A stretch of DNA of 64,000 nt from Deinococcales bacterium. GTDB lineage: Bacteria > Deinococcota > Deinococci > Deinococcales > JAAFIG01. The translations under genes and the position numbers were made by a program. Under the pieces are notes generated by a model. It ran no database searches and had not been told where the DNA came from. It worked only from the letters and a program-made list of their open reading frames with translations. Numbering within the stretch: position 1 is the stretch's first letter; each line of letters opens with the position of its first letter. The stretch lies in contig JANNVX010000018.1 in NCBI GenBank assembly GCA_031414595.1, positions 32,001-96,000 on the forward strand, written 5' to 3'. This document shows positions 1 to 10,783 of the stretch, one piece after another.

Positions 1-508
1 CTTTCTGCTCGAGCTACTGGCGGAATTTCAAATTTCTATTCCCGAACTTGGGACAGTCAAAGCCAAATCTCGTCCACGGGTGATTCTGACCTCCAATCGC
101 TCGAGGGAGTTGTCTGATGCGCTGCGGCGGCGCTGCTTGTATTTATGGCAGTCGTATCCGACGGTTTCGCAGGAACTCGAGATTCTAAGGGCGCGTTTGC
201 CAAGTATCAATCCGCGTTTGGCATTGCAAATTGCAAATTTAATGGAAGCCTTGCGGCGTTTGCCGTTTCATAAAGTCCCTGGTGTGGCTGAAACCCTCGA
301 TTGGGCGCTTGCCCTGATGAACTTGCATCATGAGGCACTTGATGCCAAAACGGTGCTTTTAACCCGAGGTTGTATCTTAAAAGCCCGTGAAGATTGGGTG
401 TTACTCGAAAATAATCTTCCAGCCCTCGAGAAAATCTGGAATGACAAAATAGGTCAGCGCAAACCCTTTGAAACAGATTTTGGAATTGGCACGGTTACGA
501 CCCGCTAA
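1..508 (+). CDS. MoxR/CoxD-family AAA+ ATPase, 5'-truncated by the window edge
   Basis: Open frame from position 2 (FLLELLAEFQISIPELGTV...VILTSNRSRELSDALRRRCLY...KVPGVAETLDW), typical of CoxD-like MoxR proteins; followed by a VWA partner. Confidence 0.85.
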   Translation, partial: FLLELLAEFQISIPELGTVKAKSRPRVILTSNRSRELSDALRRRCLYLWQSYPTVSQELEILRARLPSINPRLALQIANLMEALRRLPFHKVPGVAETLDWALALMNLHHEALDAKTVLLTRGCILKAREDWVLLENNLPALEKIWNDKIGQRKPFETDFGIGTVTTR

Positions 509-523
509 ACCCCTGAGAATGCA

Positions 524-1702
524 ATGGCACTGCTCGAGAAAATCACCGCTTTTACCCAAATTCTGCGCCTCGATCATCAATTCAAAATTGGTGTTGGTGA
601 AGTAGCGGATGCCCTGCGCTCGCTCGAGATTGTGGAGATAACCCACAGCCGAGGGTTGTTGCAATCGGCGTTGCGGGTGGTGCTTTGCGCTAAACTCGAG
701 GAGATAGAAATTTTTGATGCGGCGTTTCAAGCCTTTTTCTTTCCAGAACGGGCTGGGGTGGCTCAAACTTTGCTGCCATCAGACGAACATCAAGCCTCGG
801 TGACAGATAAACCCGCTAATCATCCAAGTCCGCAGTCCCGAGAACAACCGCCAGAAGACAATCCAGAACAAGACCCAGACTTTGTGGGTTCTAAAACCAA
901 GCACCGCCCCGATGAGGATGACACTGAGGCTTCACCAGTCGAACGTTGGATGCGTGACTTGTTCAGTGCCGCCACTAGCCTTTCCGACGCACCCACAGTC
1001 AGTGCCGATGGTCTCGAGGCGATGCTTGGTGCGGCAGGGCATCTGGTGCGCTCATTGCGGCTTGGGCGCTCGAGAAAATGGCGCACCTTGCCAAGTGGCG
1101 CTCGGTTTGATTTTCGTAAAACTTTGCGGAAAAGTTTGGCTACAGGTGGTGAGCCGATTCATCCGTTTTGGTTGGGGCATCCAAAGCGCAACCCACGGAT
1201 TGTGCTGCTTTTAGATGGCAGCCGTTCGATGACCCAAACAACCCAAGCCACCTTGCAATTTGCCTTTGCCTTGGCGCAGCGTTCACGGCGCGTGGATGTC
1301 TTTACCTTTTCGACCGAACTGCGGGATGTTTCTAGTTTTTTGTATCAGCATCAACTCGAGTTACCAAACTTAGCCGCAGCTTGGGGTGGTGGTACTCAGA
1401 TTGGTCATAACTTGCGGGTTTTTTTGCGTGAACATGCGCCTCGGGTTTTAACCCCAGATACCTTGGTGATTATTTCCAGCGACGGCTTAGAGGTCGGTGA
1501 AACGCAGCTACTCGAGTCTAGTCTACGCGAAATAAAACGCCGTTCGGCTGGGATTATTTGGCTCAATCCATTGGCTAGTCAAAAAGGTTTTATGCCAGTC
1601 TCTCGAGGTATGAAAACGGCTTTGCCATTTATTGCAAAACTAAGCCATGCCCAAACGCCAAGCGAATTCTCGAGCTTGCTTGATAGTTTTTTGGCGCGTT
1701 GA
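524..1702 (+). CDS. VWA-domain protein, CoxE-like
   Basis: MIDAS motif LLDGSRSM, WGGGTQIG, ISSDGLE and WLNPL motifs; adjacent to the MoxR ATPase. Confidence 0.85.
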   Translation: MALLEKITAFTQILRLDHQFKIGVGEVADALRSLEIVEITHSRGLLQSALRVVLCAKLEEIEIFDAAFQAFFFPERAGVAQTLLPSDEHQASVTDKPANHPSPQSREQPPEDNPEQDPDFVGSKTKHRPDEDDTEASPVERWMRDLFSAATSLSDAPTVSADGLEAMLGAAGHLVRSLRLGRSRKWRTLPSGARFDFRKTLRKSLATGGEPIHPFWLGHPKRNPRIVLLLDGSRSMTQTTQATLQFAFALAQRSRRVDVFTFSTELRDVSSFLYQHQLELPNLAAAWGGGTQIGHNLRVFLREHAPRVLTPDTLVIISSDGLEVGETQLLESSLREIKRRSAGIIWLNPLASQKGFMPVSRGMKTALPFIAKLSHAQTPSEFSSLLDSFLAR

Positions 1703-1733
1703 TTGACGGTATTTGATTTAGGTAGAATCATCT

Positions 1734-3356
1734 ATGTCCTTTGGTTTTGTTGCTTCGTTGCGTTTACAAGAGTTATCGGATTTATTTGCAGTCAATAAAC
1801 GTGATTTTGCCTTTCTTGACGAAGGTATTCAACTTGCCGAGCAGGCAGCCAATTGGCTACTGTACGCTCAGTTTTGCGAATTGTTTGTGCAACGAAGTCG
1901 GGAAAAAGGGCAGTTGGCGCAGGGTTTGGAATTGGCAGATAAGGCTTTACTTGTCTTGCCAGAGTTGAACTGGCTGTTGCCTCGAGCTTTAATCAGGTAC
2001 GAACGCAGTCTTATTTTTATGGTGCTTGGGGATTATGAACTCACCATCAGCCAATTGATTGAATTGCATCCTATTTTTGAACAAGTTGGTTCGCCGCGTC
2101 AAAAAATTGCGATTGTGCGGAGTTTAGGTGTGGCTTTTTCCAAGAACCAGCAACCAGAACAAGGTTTGCAGTATTACCACTTGGCGGTTGAACAATGCTT
2201 GGCAATCGGTGATTTAATTGGGGCAACCTATACCAAGAACAACATTGCAATCAACCTAAAAAACTTAAATAAACCTGATCAAGCTGAACAAATTTTGCGT
2301 CAGTGTCTTGCCGATTTACCAAATTCGGGGCATGACTTTGCTTTAGCAGGTTTTAGTTCTAATTTGGCTTTGATTCTTGATAAACGAGGTTTATTTGCCG
2401 AAGCCGAGGTTCTGCACCGCCAAGCCTTAGAGATTGCCCAAAATACATCGTCGCTCGAAGGCGAAGTTGAATTTTGTTTGTGTTTTGGACGGCATTGGCT
2501 TTTGCGGCAACAACCCTCTGAAGGTTTATTTTTGTTGCAAAAAAGTTTGAAATTGGCAGAACAAGCCCACATGAAAGCCAAAATTTCCGAAACTCATTTT
2601 GAATTAGCGGTTGCCCATAAAGCATTGCAACAATTGGATTTGGCATATGCACATTTAGAACAAGGTTGGATTCTTGAGAAACAAGTTTTTAATGACACCA
2701 ATGCCCAACGAATCCAGCATTTGCAAATCCGTTTTGAAGTCGGTCAGCGTCAACATGAAGCTGATTTAGAGCGTGGCAAACGTCAAGAACTCGAGGTGGT
2801 CAATGCCGAACTAAGTAAAGTCAATCAAGAGAATTTAGATTTACTCGAACAACTCAGTAAACAAGCCCGTGAAGACGGTTTAACCGGCTTACTTAACCGC
2901 CGTGCTTTGGATGCTGCCCTAAATGCAGCTTTTTCGGCGGCGGTGCGACATAACCTCGATTTGTGTTTTATTCTTTTTGACTTGGATCACTTTAAGAATG
3001 TCAATGATCGTTTTGGACATCAAATTGGTGATGCTTGTCTGCGTGAAATTGCCGATTTACTGCGTAGTTCGGCTCGAGATTCGGATATTCTAGGGCGTTA
3101 TGGTGGTGAAGAATTTGTGATTGCTTTTTCACACAGTTCACTTGAACAGTCTTTGCTGTTTGCCAACCGTTGGCGTGAATTGGTCGAACAGTATGCTTGG
3201 CATGATATTCACCCCGAGTTGCATTTGACCATCAGTTTGGGATTGGCGATGTACACCAATCATAAAAATTATGAACGTTTGCTTGCCAGTGCAGATATGG
3301 CACTCTACCAAGCAAAAAATCAAGGTCGTAACAAAGTTGTGGTGAATGAATTTTAA
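1734..3356 (+). CDS. TPR-containing diguanylate cyclase
   Basis: TPR-like helical repeats; C-terminal DGLTGLLNRR, FDLDHFK, RDSD (I-site) and GGEEF; TAGAAT lies 5 nt upstream of the ATG. Confidence 0.9.
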   Translation: MSFGFVASLRLQELSDLFAVNKRDFAFLDEGIQLAEQAANWLLYAQFCELFVQRSREKGQLAQGLELADKALLVLPELNWLLPRALIRYERSLIFMVLGDYELTISQLIELHPIFEQVGSPRQKIAIVRSLGVAFSKNQQPEQGLQYYHLAVEQCLAIGDLIGATYTKNNIAINLKNLNKPDQAEQILRQCLADLPNSGHDFALAGFSSNLALILDKRGLFAEAEVLHRQALEIAQNTSSLEGEVEFCLCFGRHWLLRQQPSEGLFLLQKSLKLAEQAHMKAKISETHFELAVAHKALQQLDLAYAHLEQGWILEKQVFNDTNAQRIQHLQIRFEVGQRQHEADLERGKRQELEVVNAELSKVNQENLDLLEQLSKQAREDGLTGLLNRRALDAALNAAFSAAVRHNLDLCFILFDLDHFKNVNDRFGHQIGDACLREIADLLRSSARDSDILGRYGGEEFVIAFSHSSLEQSLLFANRWRELVEQYAWHDIHPELHLTISLGLAMYTNHKNYERLLASADMALYQAKNQGRNKVVVNEF

Positions 3357-5398
3357 GCCAAAGCAATCTGGACTCGAGTTCCATTCAATGCCGCATTTCC
3401 AGACACATCAAGTTCCAAGTCATCGGTTAAATCATTGATGCTCACGCCCTTAGCGTGTGTCATCACATCATTTCTTGTGGCATGTCCATACCCGTGCGGG
3501 ATGCTGACCACACCACGGGCAATATCGGCGCTTATCTCGAGTGGAATTTTTACACTACCGACCCTCGAGGTAATGCGTAGGCTTGCGCCGTTGCTTGCCC
3601 CAATTCTTTGTGCGTCTTCTGGGTGGAGGAGAGCCGTGCAGCGTGGTTGGTCACGGTTGAGCCGTGCAACGTGGTGCATCCAAGAGTTATTGCTGCGGAG
3701 TTCACGCCGTCCAATCAGCACAAAACCTTCGGGTCTGGTCTCGAGGTCGTTCTCGAGCCGTTCAAGGTCGTTCATCACCAAACTCGGGGCAAGCCGAATG
3801 CGTTTCTCTGGGTTTTGCAGCCGTTCGGGGCATTGTTCGGTCAGTGCGCCAAGGTCAATGCCGTGTGGATTATTTTTAAGTTGCTCGAGACTTAAGTTAT
3901 ACCGTCCGCGTTTTAAGCCAGCCTCGATGATTTCGGCAGGGTTTTTGGCGGCTTCGCCTCCCATGCGACTGGCGAGTTCGCCAATAATTTCCCAGTCGTA
4001 CATGGCATTGTCGCTTTTAGGAACAGTCACTTGGCTGTACTTGGCAAAGTTATGCACTGACAACGATAAAAACGTCACATCGTAATGCTCAGTCTCGAGT
4101 CCCATGGCGGGTGGCAAAATAATATGTGCGTGTTTGGTTGTTTCGGTGATGTACGGGTCTATGGCGACCATAAACTCGAGTGATTCTAGGGCAGTCTCGA
4201 GATTTTTGCCATTTGGGGTACTTAACACTGGATTACCGCAAGTAATCACAAAGGCTTTAACTTGGTCTTGTCCTTCGGTCAGAATTTCTTCGGCTAGGGC
4301 TGCGACTGGGAATTCACCATTGGCTTCGGGCAGTCCACGAACTCGAGTATGGGTTCTGCCAAATGCCCAATCGCCCTTGCTGCGAACCGTTTCAAAGGCT
4401 GGTGCGGGAAACATCATTCCGCCCACTCGGTCAAAATTGCCTGTCAGGATATTGAGGGCGTAGACCAACCATTGGCAAACTGCTCCAAATTTTTGAATGG
4501 ATAAACCAATCCGCCCATATGCCACGGCGCTTTCACTGCTCGAGAATTCCCTTGTTAGGCGCTTAATCTCTTCACTCGAGATGCCAGTTTTAGCAGCTAC
4601 CCGTTCTGGGGTAAATGGTTGTACGGCTTGGCGCAGTTCTTGCAAGCCGTCGGTAAACCCCTCGAGTTTACCCAGCTTGACTAAATTTTCGGCAAAGAGG
4701 GTCTGAATTATGGACAGTAGCAAAAACGCATCTGTTCCAGGGGTAATAAAATGGTGTTCGCTTGCCATTTTTGCGGTCTCAGTTTTGCGCGGGTCAATCA
4801 CCACGACCTTACCTCCCGCCGTGATGATGTTCTTTAAGTGGTCTTTGACTCCGGGTGCGGTCATTAAGCTGCCGTTACTGGCAAGTGGGTTTGCCCCAAG
4901 AATCAGCCAGTATTTTGTGCGGCTAATGTCTGGTACTGGCAGTAAATTTGGATTGCCGAGCATCAAACCACTGATGACTTGTTGCGGCAGTTGGTCAACA
5001 CTGGTGGCGCTAAAGCGGTTTCTCGAGCCAACTGCCCGCATTAGGTTTGGCATACTTAAAAGCGTCCCAGAATTATGCACGGCTGGATTGCCAATAAAAA
5101 AAGCAATTGCATTTGCTCCATCTCGAGACTTAATCTCGGTTAGTTTTGAGGCTACTTGGCTAAAGGCATCTTCCCAAGAAAGCTGTTCCCAGCCTGATTC
5201 TGTTCGCCTTACTGGGGTACGAAGCCTATTTGGGTCGGTGTTCATGTCGGCTAGGGCTGTGGCTTTTGGGCAGATATGACCCTTAGAAAAAGGGTCGTTC
5301 TGGTCGCCACGAATGCTTTTAACCACATTCCCCTCGAGTTCAATCTCGAGTCCACAGATGGCTTCGCACAGGTTACAAGCTCGGTATTTGGTTGTCAT
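3353..5398 (-). CDS. Molybdopterin-dependent oxidoreductase (DMSO reductase superfamily)
   Basis: N-terminal 4Fe-4S motif CNLCEAICG...GHICPK and C-terminal RRELRSNNSWMH. Start moved to the ATG at 5398 (MTTKYRAC). Confidence 0.88.
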   Translation of the reverse strand: MTTKYRACNLCEAICGLEIELEGNVVKSIRGDQNDPFSKGHICPKATALADMNTDPNRLRTPVRRTESGWEQLSWEDAFSQVASKLTEIKSRDGANAIAFFIGNPAVHNSGTLLSMPNLMRAVGSRNRFSATSVDQLPQQVISGLMLGNPNLLPVPDISRTKYWLILGANPLASNGSLMTAPGVKDHLKNIITAGGKVVVIDPRKTETAKMASEHHFITPGTDAFLLLSIIQTLFAENLVKLGKLEGFTDGLQELRQAVQPFTPERVAAKTGISSEEIKRLTREFSSSESAVAYGRIGLSIQKFGAVCQWLVYALNILTGNFDRVGGMMFPAPAFETVRSKGDWAFGRTHTRVRGLPEANGEFPVAALAEEILTEGQDQVKAFVITCGNPVLSTPNGKNLETALESLEFMVAIDPYITETTKHAHIILPPAMGLETEHYDVTFLSLSVHNFAKYSQVTVPKSDNAMYDWEIIGELASRMGGEAAKNPAEIIEAGLKRGRYNLSLEQLKNNPHGIDLGALTEQCPERLQNPEKRIRLAPSLVMNDLERLENDLETRPEGFVLIGRRELRSNNSWMHHVARLNRDQPRCTALLHPEDAQRIGASNGASLRITSRVGSVKIPLEISADIARGVVSIPHGYGHATRNDVMTHAKGVSINDLTDDLELDVSGNAALNGTRVQIALA

Positions 5399-5568
5399 GA
5401 TACAAGTAGTATAAGGCATATTGATTTGAAGACGCTCCTGCACCTATGCCTTTGTCCATAAACCCATAGCCTTTAAGCTCAAGGGAGCATTTGTGAAGGT
5501 AAACTCTGGGATAAGCTATAAGCTATTGGAGATTAAGATTAAATAATTCGCGTGTTATCATAACGGCA

Positions 5569-6891
5569 ATGTTTCGTTTCATAGATTTATTTGCTGGAAT
5601 TGGCGGTTTCCGAGTTGCCCTCGAGTCAGTGGGAGGTGTTTGTGTCGCCTCTGCCGAAATTAACGCCCAAGCCATCGAAGTTTACCGTGCAAACTGGATT
5701 GAAGACGAACTAAATCATAATCTAGGCGATATTTCAAAACTTAGTTTACTTCCCGAACACGACCTGATGGTTGGTGGCGTTCCTTGTCAACCGTGGTCAA
5801 TTGCGGGACAGAACAAAGGTTTTGATGACCCTCGAGGGCAGCTTTGGGGCGACGTGATTCGCTTAGTTGAATTTAACCGCCCAAAAGGATTTATTTTTGA
5901 AAATGTCAAAGGTATGGTAGACCCCAGACATACCGATTGTCTCGAGACTATTTTGTCTTCATTTAGGCAATTGGGCTACCAAGTTCAAGCAAAATTACTC
6001 AATGCCTTTGATTATGGCGTTCCGCAAAATCGAGACCGTGTTTTTGTGGTTGGGACTCGTACTGACTGTACACAGTCGGCTTTTGTTTACCCGCCCTACC
6101 AAGAAAATAAATTGCGTTTGCACGATATTTTTGATATTGAAGCACCAAAAAAACAGACCCCAGAAATCGAATTAGAGCGAGACTTATTTGGTGAGCGTAT
6201 CGGCACGGGCTTTAATAAACTCACGCCAAAAGACCAATACAACGAATTTTTTATCCTTAACGATTTACGCCACGGACCAACCAGTATTCATTCTTGGGAA
6301 ATCTATGACACCACAAACCGCGAAAAAATGATTTGCCTAACCCATCTTCGCAATCGTCGGAACAAGAAATTTGGCGACCTAGACGGCAGTCCACTCAGTT
6401 ATCCACAGTTGCTTGAACTGATTCCAGATTTGCAAGAAATAGAACTCGAGAATTTAGTTGAAAACAAGATTTTTATCAAAACAGAGTCTGGTAGCTATGA
6501 ATTTCTAAACCGGCGAATGTCGAGCGGAATTAACGGCACATACCGAATTTTCTTACCAACCGCCCGTTTTTTTGGCACACTCACGGCTCGAGGGATGAAT
6601 GATGAAATTGCACAAATTGCTGTGACTGGCGATACACCCGCCGAATACAAGCAAAACTTTATTGCACAAATTTTGCGCCCAAAGCTGCATCGTCCGATTA
6701 CGGTGCGTGAAGCAGCCCGTTTGCAGGCTTTCCCTGAATACTTTGAGTTTCATAAAAGTGATGCCGTCAGTATGCGCTTACTTGGCAATAGTGTCGCCAT
6801 CAAGGTTGTTCAAGCCGTAGCAAAGTCTTTACTAGAAACTGGTGTCTTTTCTCGAGTTAGCACAACCCAAAAGGAATTGATTTTAGCATGA
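5569..6891 (+). CDS. DNA (cytosine-5) methyltransferase, M.HgiBI/HgiCII/HgiEI-like (predicted GGWCC)
   Basis: Motifs FAGIGG, GGVPCQPWS, FENVKG, QNRDRVF, REAARLQAFP and GNSV; sequence and length closely resemble the Herpetosiphon GGWCC methyltransferases as I recall them. Confidence 0.9.
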   Translation: MFRFIDLFAGIGGFRVALESVGGVCVASAEINAQAIEVYRANWIEDELNHNLGDISKLSLLPEHDLMVGGVPCQPWSIAGQNKGFDDPRGQLWGDVIRLVEFNRPKGFIFENVKGMVDPRHTDCLETILSSFRQLGYQVQAKLLNAFDYGVPQNRDRVFVVGTRTDCTQSAFVYPPYQENKLRLHDIFDIEAPKKQTPEIELERDLFGERIGTGFNKLTPKDQYNEFFILNDLRHGPTSIHSWEIYDTTNREKMICLTHLRNRRNKKFGDLDGSPLSYPQLLELIPDLQEIELENLVENKIFIKTESGSYEFLNRRMSSGINGTYRIFLPTARFFGTLTARGMNDEIAQIAVTGDTPAEYKQNFIAQILRPKLHRPITVREAARLQAFPEYFEFHKSDAVSMRLLGNSVAIKVVQAVAKSLLETGVFSRVSTTQKELILA

Positions 6892-7715
6892 ATACCGACA
6901 TGAAAATAGCCATTCAAAACGTGATTAAAACCATGATGGACAAGGTTATGGAACGGGTTTTACAGACCGACCCATTTATTGCCGAAACGCACCACGCCAG
7001 CAAACCGCTATATGCTGCCCTTGTACCGGACGAAATTTTTAAGGGTTCGCATTTTGAACGTCGGTTTGTTACCCCGTTTGGTGGAGTCTGGGAAAAACTA
7101 GCCGTGGTAGCTGCCGAACAAGGCTCTGCCAAGTGCATCCAGCAACATACCATTCGTGGGAATATTCAAAGTGGAAGACTGCAACGAATCCAAGAAGTGT
7201 TAAATAAACTCGAGCATCCAGAAATTGGTGTGGAGCGCCAAAAACCCAATTGGAACAGCGAACTTGCTTATATTCTCGAGGGCAACGGCGAACCGATACC
7301 TGCCACTGTAGTGTGCGATATTTACACCGAAAATACACAGACGAACCAGCGATTCGCTTTTGAGTTAAAAGCACCACTGCCCAACAGTGACCAAACCAAG
7401 CAAAGCAAAGAGAAAATTTTTAAGCTCAAAGCAATGGATTCAAAGCCCGTAGACGCGGCTTATTACGCATTACCCTACAATCCATATGGACAAAAAGCCG
7501 ATTATGCTTGGACTTTTCCAGCCCGTTGGTTTGACATGCGACAAGACGAAGTGGTTTTAATTGGCGCGGAGTTCTGGGATAAAATTGGCGGAGTTGGCAC
7601 ATATGCAGCCTTTATCGAAGCCATTAACGAAATTGGTTTACCCTACAAAGAACGGATTTACCGCGAATTCTTAGGCATTGAACCACTTGAGCAAGCCTCT
7701 AAACCCGTTTTCTAG
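6888..7715 (+). CDS. Type II restriction endonuclease, TdeIII/HgiBI family
   Basis: FERRFVTPFG, CDIY...FELKAPLPN (PD-(D/E)xK), YALPYNPYG and IGAEFWD motifs; start overlaps the MTase stop (ATGA). Confidence 0.85.
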   Translation: MNTDMKIAIQNVIKTMMDKVMERVLQTDPFIAETHHASKPLYAALVPDEIFKGSHFERRFVTPFGGVWEKLAVVAAEQGSAKCIQQHTIRGNIQSGRLQRIQEVLNKLEHPEIGVERQKPNWNSELAYILEGNGEPIPATVVCDIYTENTQTNQRFAFELKAPLPNSDQTKQSKEKIFKLKAMDSKPVDAAYYALPYNPYGQKADYAWTFPARWFDMRQDEVVLIGAEFWDKIGGVGTYAAFIEAINEIGLPYKERIYREFLGIEPLEQASKPVF

Positions 7716-7913
7716 TCAATACTCGGCATAAAATTCATTTGGCTTAATTCCTGTTTTTTCCTCGAGCCATGCTTGGACACAATCACGAATCTCGGCAATC
7801 ATTTCAATGTCCCAATCTAAATTGACATTAGTTGTGTTTAAGTTGTTCAGTAAGTCAAAAATTTGTGAATCAACAAAGTCTTGGCGTTCAATCTGAGTAT
7901 CGGTCAGTTCCAT
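7716..7913 (-). CDS. Small acidic hypothetical protein (65 aa)
   Basis: Protein-like ORF with a GAGGGG RBS; its stop codon abuts the stop of the restriction enzyme gene. Confidence 0.65.
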   Translation of the reverse strand: MELTDTQIERQDFVDSQIFDLLNNLNTTNVNLDWDIEMIAEIRDCVQAWLEEKTGIKPNEFYAEY

Positions 7914-7930
7914 AAATTTCCCCCTCGAGA

Positions 7931-8674
7931 CTACAGCCGCCCTGCCTCAATAATGCTTTTCAAAAAGGCTTGGGTACGTGGTTCTTTTGGCGCACTAAAA
8001 ATTTGTTCTGGCGTGCCTTCTTCATGCACTACACCTTGGTATAAAAAACAAACCTTGCTCGAGACTTCTTTGGCAAAACCCATTTCGTGGGTCGCAAGCA
8101 ACATTGTCATGCCCTCGCTTGCCAGTTCTCGCACCAAATCCAGCACTTCTGCCACCAATTCAGGGTCAAGTGCCGAAGTAATTTCGTCTAAGAGCATCAG
8201 CATTGGCTGCATTGCCAGCGCTCTGGCAATTGCCACCCGTTGTTGCTGCCCACCGCTTAATTGGTCGGGGTAACTTCTGGCTTTCTGCTCGAGTTGTACC
8301 CTTTTTAAGAGGTCAAAAGCTCGAGCCTCGGCTTCGGGTTTACTTAGTCCAAGTACCTGACGTGGCGCTAAACAGATATTCTCGAGAACAGTCATGTGTG
8401 GAAATAAATTAAAGCTCTGGAAAACAATGCCAACATCGCGGCGTAAACGGTCTACATCCACCCCAGCCCCAGAAACCCTATCGCCTAGAATCTGAATTTC
8501 ACCGCCGCTTATTGGCTCGAGTCCGTTAATACAGCGCAATAAGGTGCTTTTACCGCATCCAGAAGCGCCGATTAAACAGACCACATCATGTTCTTTGACA
8601 CTTAAATTTAAGCCACGCAGCACCTCGAGCGACCCAAAACGCTTGACCACACCGTGCATCTCGAGAAAACTCAT
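7931..8674 (-). CDS. Polar amino-acid ABC transporter ATP-binding protein
   Basis: Walker [10 protein letters not shown], signature [20 protein letters not shown]. Confidence 0.93.
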   Translation of the reverse strand: MSFLEMHGVVKRFGSLEVLRGLNLSVKEHDVVCLIGASGCGKSTLLRCINGLEPISGGEIQILGDRVSGAGVDVDRLRRDVGIVFQSFNLFPHMTVLENICLAPRQVLGLSKPEAEARAFDLLKRVQLEQKARSYPDQLSGGQQQRVAIARALAMQPMLMLLDEITSALDPELVAEVLDLVRELASEGMTMLLATHEMGFAKEVSSKVCFLYQGVVHEEGTPEQIFSAPKEPRTQAFLKSIIEAGRL

Positions 8675-9831
8675 TTTGCCCCTCTGGTTTTTCTTGCGTC
8701 GGACTCGAGTAATCTGTCTACCAGTCTGGCTTGTGGAATGGTGATCAGAACAAAAAGAATCGCAACAATCGTCACAGTGGAAAGATTGAAATTATTAGAG
8801 GCTAAAATTCGGGCTTGGTTAAAAGCATCTATTGTGCCGATGACATTAACCAGTGCGGTGTCTTTTTGCAGTCCAATAAAATCGTTTAAGAGTGGCGGGA
8901 TAATTCGCCGCACGGCTTGAGGCACAATTACAAAACGCATGGTTTGAAAAAAATTTAAGCCTAGGCTTCGGGCTGCCATCATTTGGCTTGGGTGAATACT
9001 CTCGATTCCAGCGCGGTAAACCTCGGCAACATATGCGCCGTAAGTCAGGCTTAGGGCAATAATCGCGTACCAAACTGGCGATAAATCGCCCAATATCGGA
9101 ATGCCAGTCAGTGGTAAACCAAAACCAATCAGATAAATGGTAATTACACTTGGTAAACCGCGAAAAGCATCGGTGTAGAGCGTCGCCAGTAAACGAATCG
9201 GCTGTCCTGCTGCCCCGGGAATCATTCGGGCAAGTGCCACGACCAATGCCCAAACCAGAATAATTGCTTGGGCAACCATAAAAATAAACACATTGGTCAA
9301 GAAAGCCTGTCCGACCAGACCTGCCTTACTAACCATCAAATCGAGCTTAAAAAAAGTTGACCCAACCGCCACATCTTTAGCAATCACAAACCAAAGCCCA
9401 GTAAACCCAAGCAACATAAAAATCGCATAGCCTATCGAAAACCAAGCGGTGTTACTCGAGTCAGCCGTGGCAACTCGAGCCGAAATTAAATCTTCGGCAA
9501 CTAAAAACCTTTTGGCTCGAGCGGCGGCTCTGGCACTTTTTATGGCTGGAATAAACAACCAAAGTGGAGTTATGGCTAGAACCCCTAACACCAACCAAGC
9601 CCAAATTGGTAATGTTAAAACTCGAGTTGACATTTCTGACCAGTAGAGGTTTTTCTCGACTGCTTTAGTGATATTTTCTTCAGTCACACCAGCCAAAACC
9701 AAAGACAATTGCCAAAGCACCCACCAAGCAAAAAGTGTGGTCAGACTCGAGACTAAAAGGGCTGCCAACGAAATTGGCATGGCACTTTTGGGAATACTAG
9801 GAGCGCGGAAACGCGCAGAACGGTCGGTCAT
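8671..9831 (-). CDS. Amino-acid ABC transporter permease
   Basis: Multiple TM segments; FRGLP and [14 protein letters not shown]...AARSLGL (EAA loop). Confidence 0.9.
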   Translation of the reverse strand: MTDRSARFRAPSIPKSAMPISLAALLVSSLTTLFAWWVLWQLSLVLAGVTEENITKAVEKNLYWSEMSTRVLTLPIWAWLVLGVLAITPLWLFIPAIKSARAAARAKRFLVAEDLISARVATADSSNTAWFSIGYAIFMLLGFTGLWFVIAKDVAVGSTFFKLDLMVSKAGLVGQAFLTNVFIFMVAQAIILVWALVVALARMIPGAAGQPIRLLATLYTDAFRGLPSVITIYLIGFGLPLTGIPILGDLSPVWYAIIALSLTYGAYVAEVYRAGIESIHPSQMMAARSLGLNFFQTMRFVIVPQAVRRIIPPLLNDFIGLQKDTALVNVIGTIDAFNQARILASNNFNLSTVTIVAILFVLITIPQARLVDRLLESDARKTRGAK

Positions 9832-9897
9832 AAAAAATTGAGGAAGGAGGAAAGAGGAAGGAAGTGTTGTTTTCCTCTTTCCTTTTTTATCCTGCTC

Positions 9898-10743
9898 TTA
9901 AGGTTTGAAGTATTTGATTTTTAACGGGTCAATGCCCCATTCTTTGGAGAGGTACTGCCCGACAAGTTTGCCGATTGTACCATCTTTGAGCATTTCTTTG
10001 AGGATGTTATCTACAACTTTGTTGTTGGCGTTTCCTTTGGGGAACAATGCGCCGTAACTTTCGCCGGTTTTGTACTGCCCAACAACTTCAAATTTTCCAG
10101 CCGACTCCTTGGCTTGCGATAAGACAATACTGGTGTCGGTCATGGCAATATCTACTCGCTTGGCTTGCAAGGCAACAAACATTCCGGGTGTATCTGGGAA
10201 AACACTGACATTCTTATTCTTCAGGATTTTCTGTGCAAAATTCTCGCCAGTCGTGCCTTGTTGTACCCCAATTTTAGCGGTTTTAATGGTCTTTTCGTCC
10301 ACCTTAAAGCCTTTACGCACCATGACCCCAATGTCGCTCGAGAAGTACGGTGTGCTGAATTCGACGACTTTTTTGCGTTCTTCGGTAATTGAAATTTGGC
10401 TCATGGCGAGGTCAAAGTTCTTGGTTTGCCCAGCCACCAAGCCGTCCCAAGCGACATTTTGAATCACCACTTTCTCGAGTCCAGCGCGGTGGGCAAGGTT
10501 GGCTGCCATGCAGTATTCAACCCCACTTTTAACCAGTTCGGGCGAATCTCCATTCCAAAATCCGGGGCTGGGCAGATTGGTTTGTACTGTCAATTGTCCA
10601 GCAATGGCTGGCGTGAATTTCATTGAACCCATTGCTCCAAAAATGGGGCAATCACCGTACTTAACCATGTTCTGAGCGCCAGAAGTTAAACTTAGGGCGG
10701 TTAAACCCGCCAGTCCAAGGGCTGCCAATACTTGTATTTTCAT
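9898..10743 (-). CDS. ABC transporter substrate-binding protein (SBP family 3)
   Basis: Signal peptide; ISITEERKKVVEFSTPYF and IGVQQGTT motifs; AGGAGG RBS. Confidence 0.9.
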   Translation of the reverse strand: MKIQVLAALGLAGLTALSLTSGAQNMVKYGDCPIFGAMGSMKFTPAIAGQLTVQTNLPSPGFWNGDSPELVKSGVEYCMAANLAHRAGLEKVVIQNVAWDGLVAGQTKNFDLAMSQISITEERKKVVEFSTPYFSSDIGVMVRKGFKVDEKTIKTAKIGVQQGTTGENFAQKILKNKNVSVFPDTPGMFVALQAKRVDIAMTDTSIVLSQAKESAGKFEVVGQYKTGESYGALFPKGNANNKVVDNILKEMLKDGTIGKLVGQYLSKEWGIDPLKIKYFKP

Positions 10744-10783
10744 TCTTTCCTCCTAAATGCCACATATAGAATACCGCAAATAA

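Noticed and set aside
5569-6891. The resident C5 methyltransferase as the cause of CTCGAG enrichment
   Set aside because: It resembles GGWCC-specific enzymes, and GGWCC looks depleted rather than enriched.
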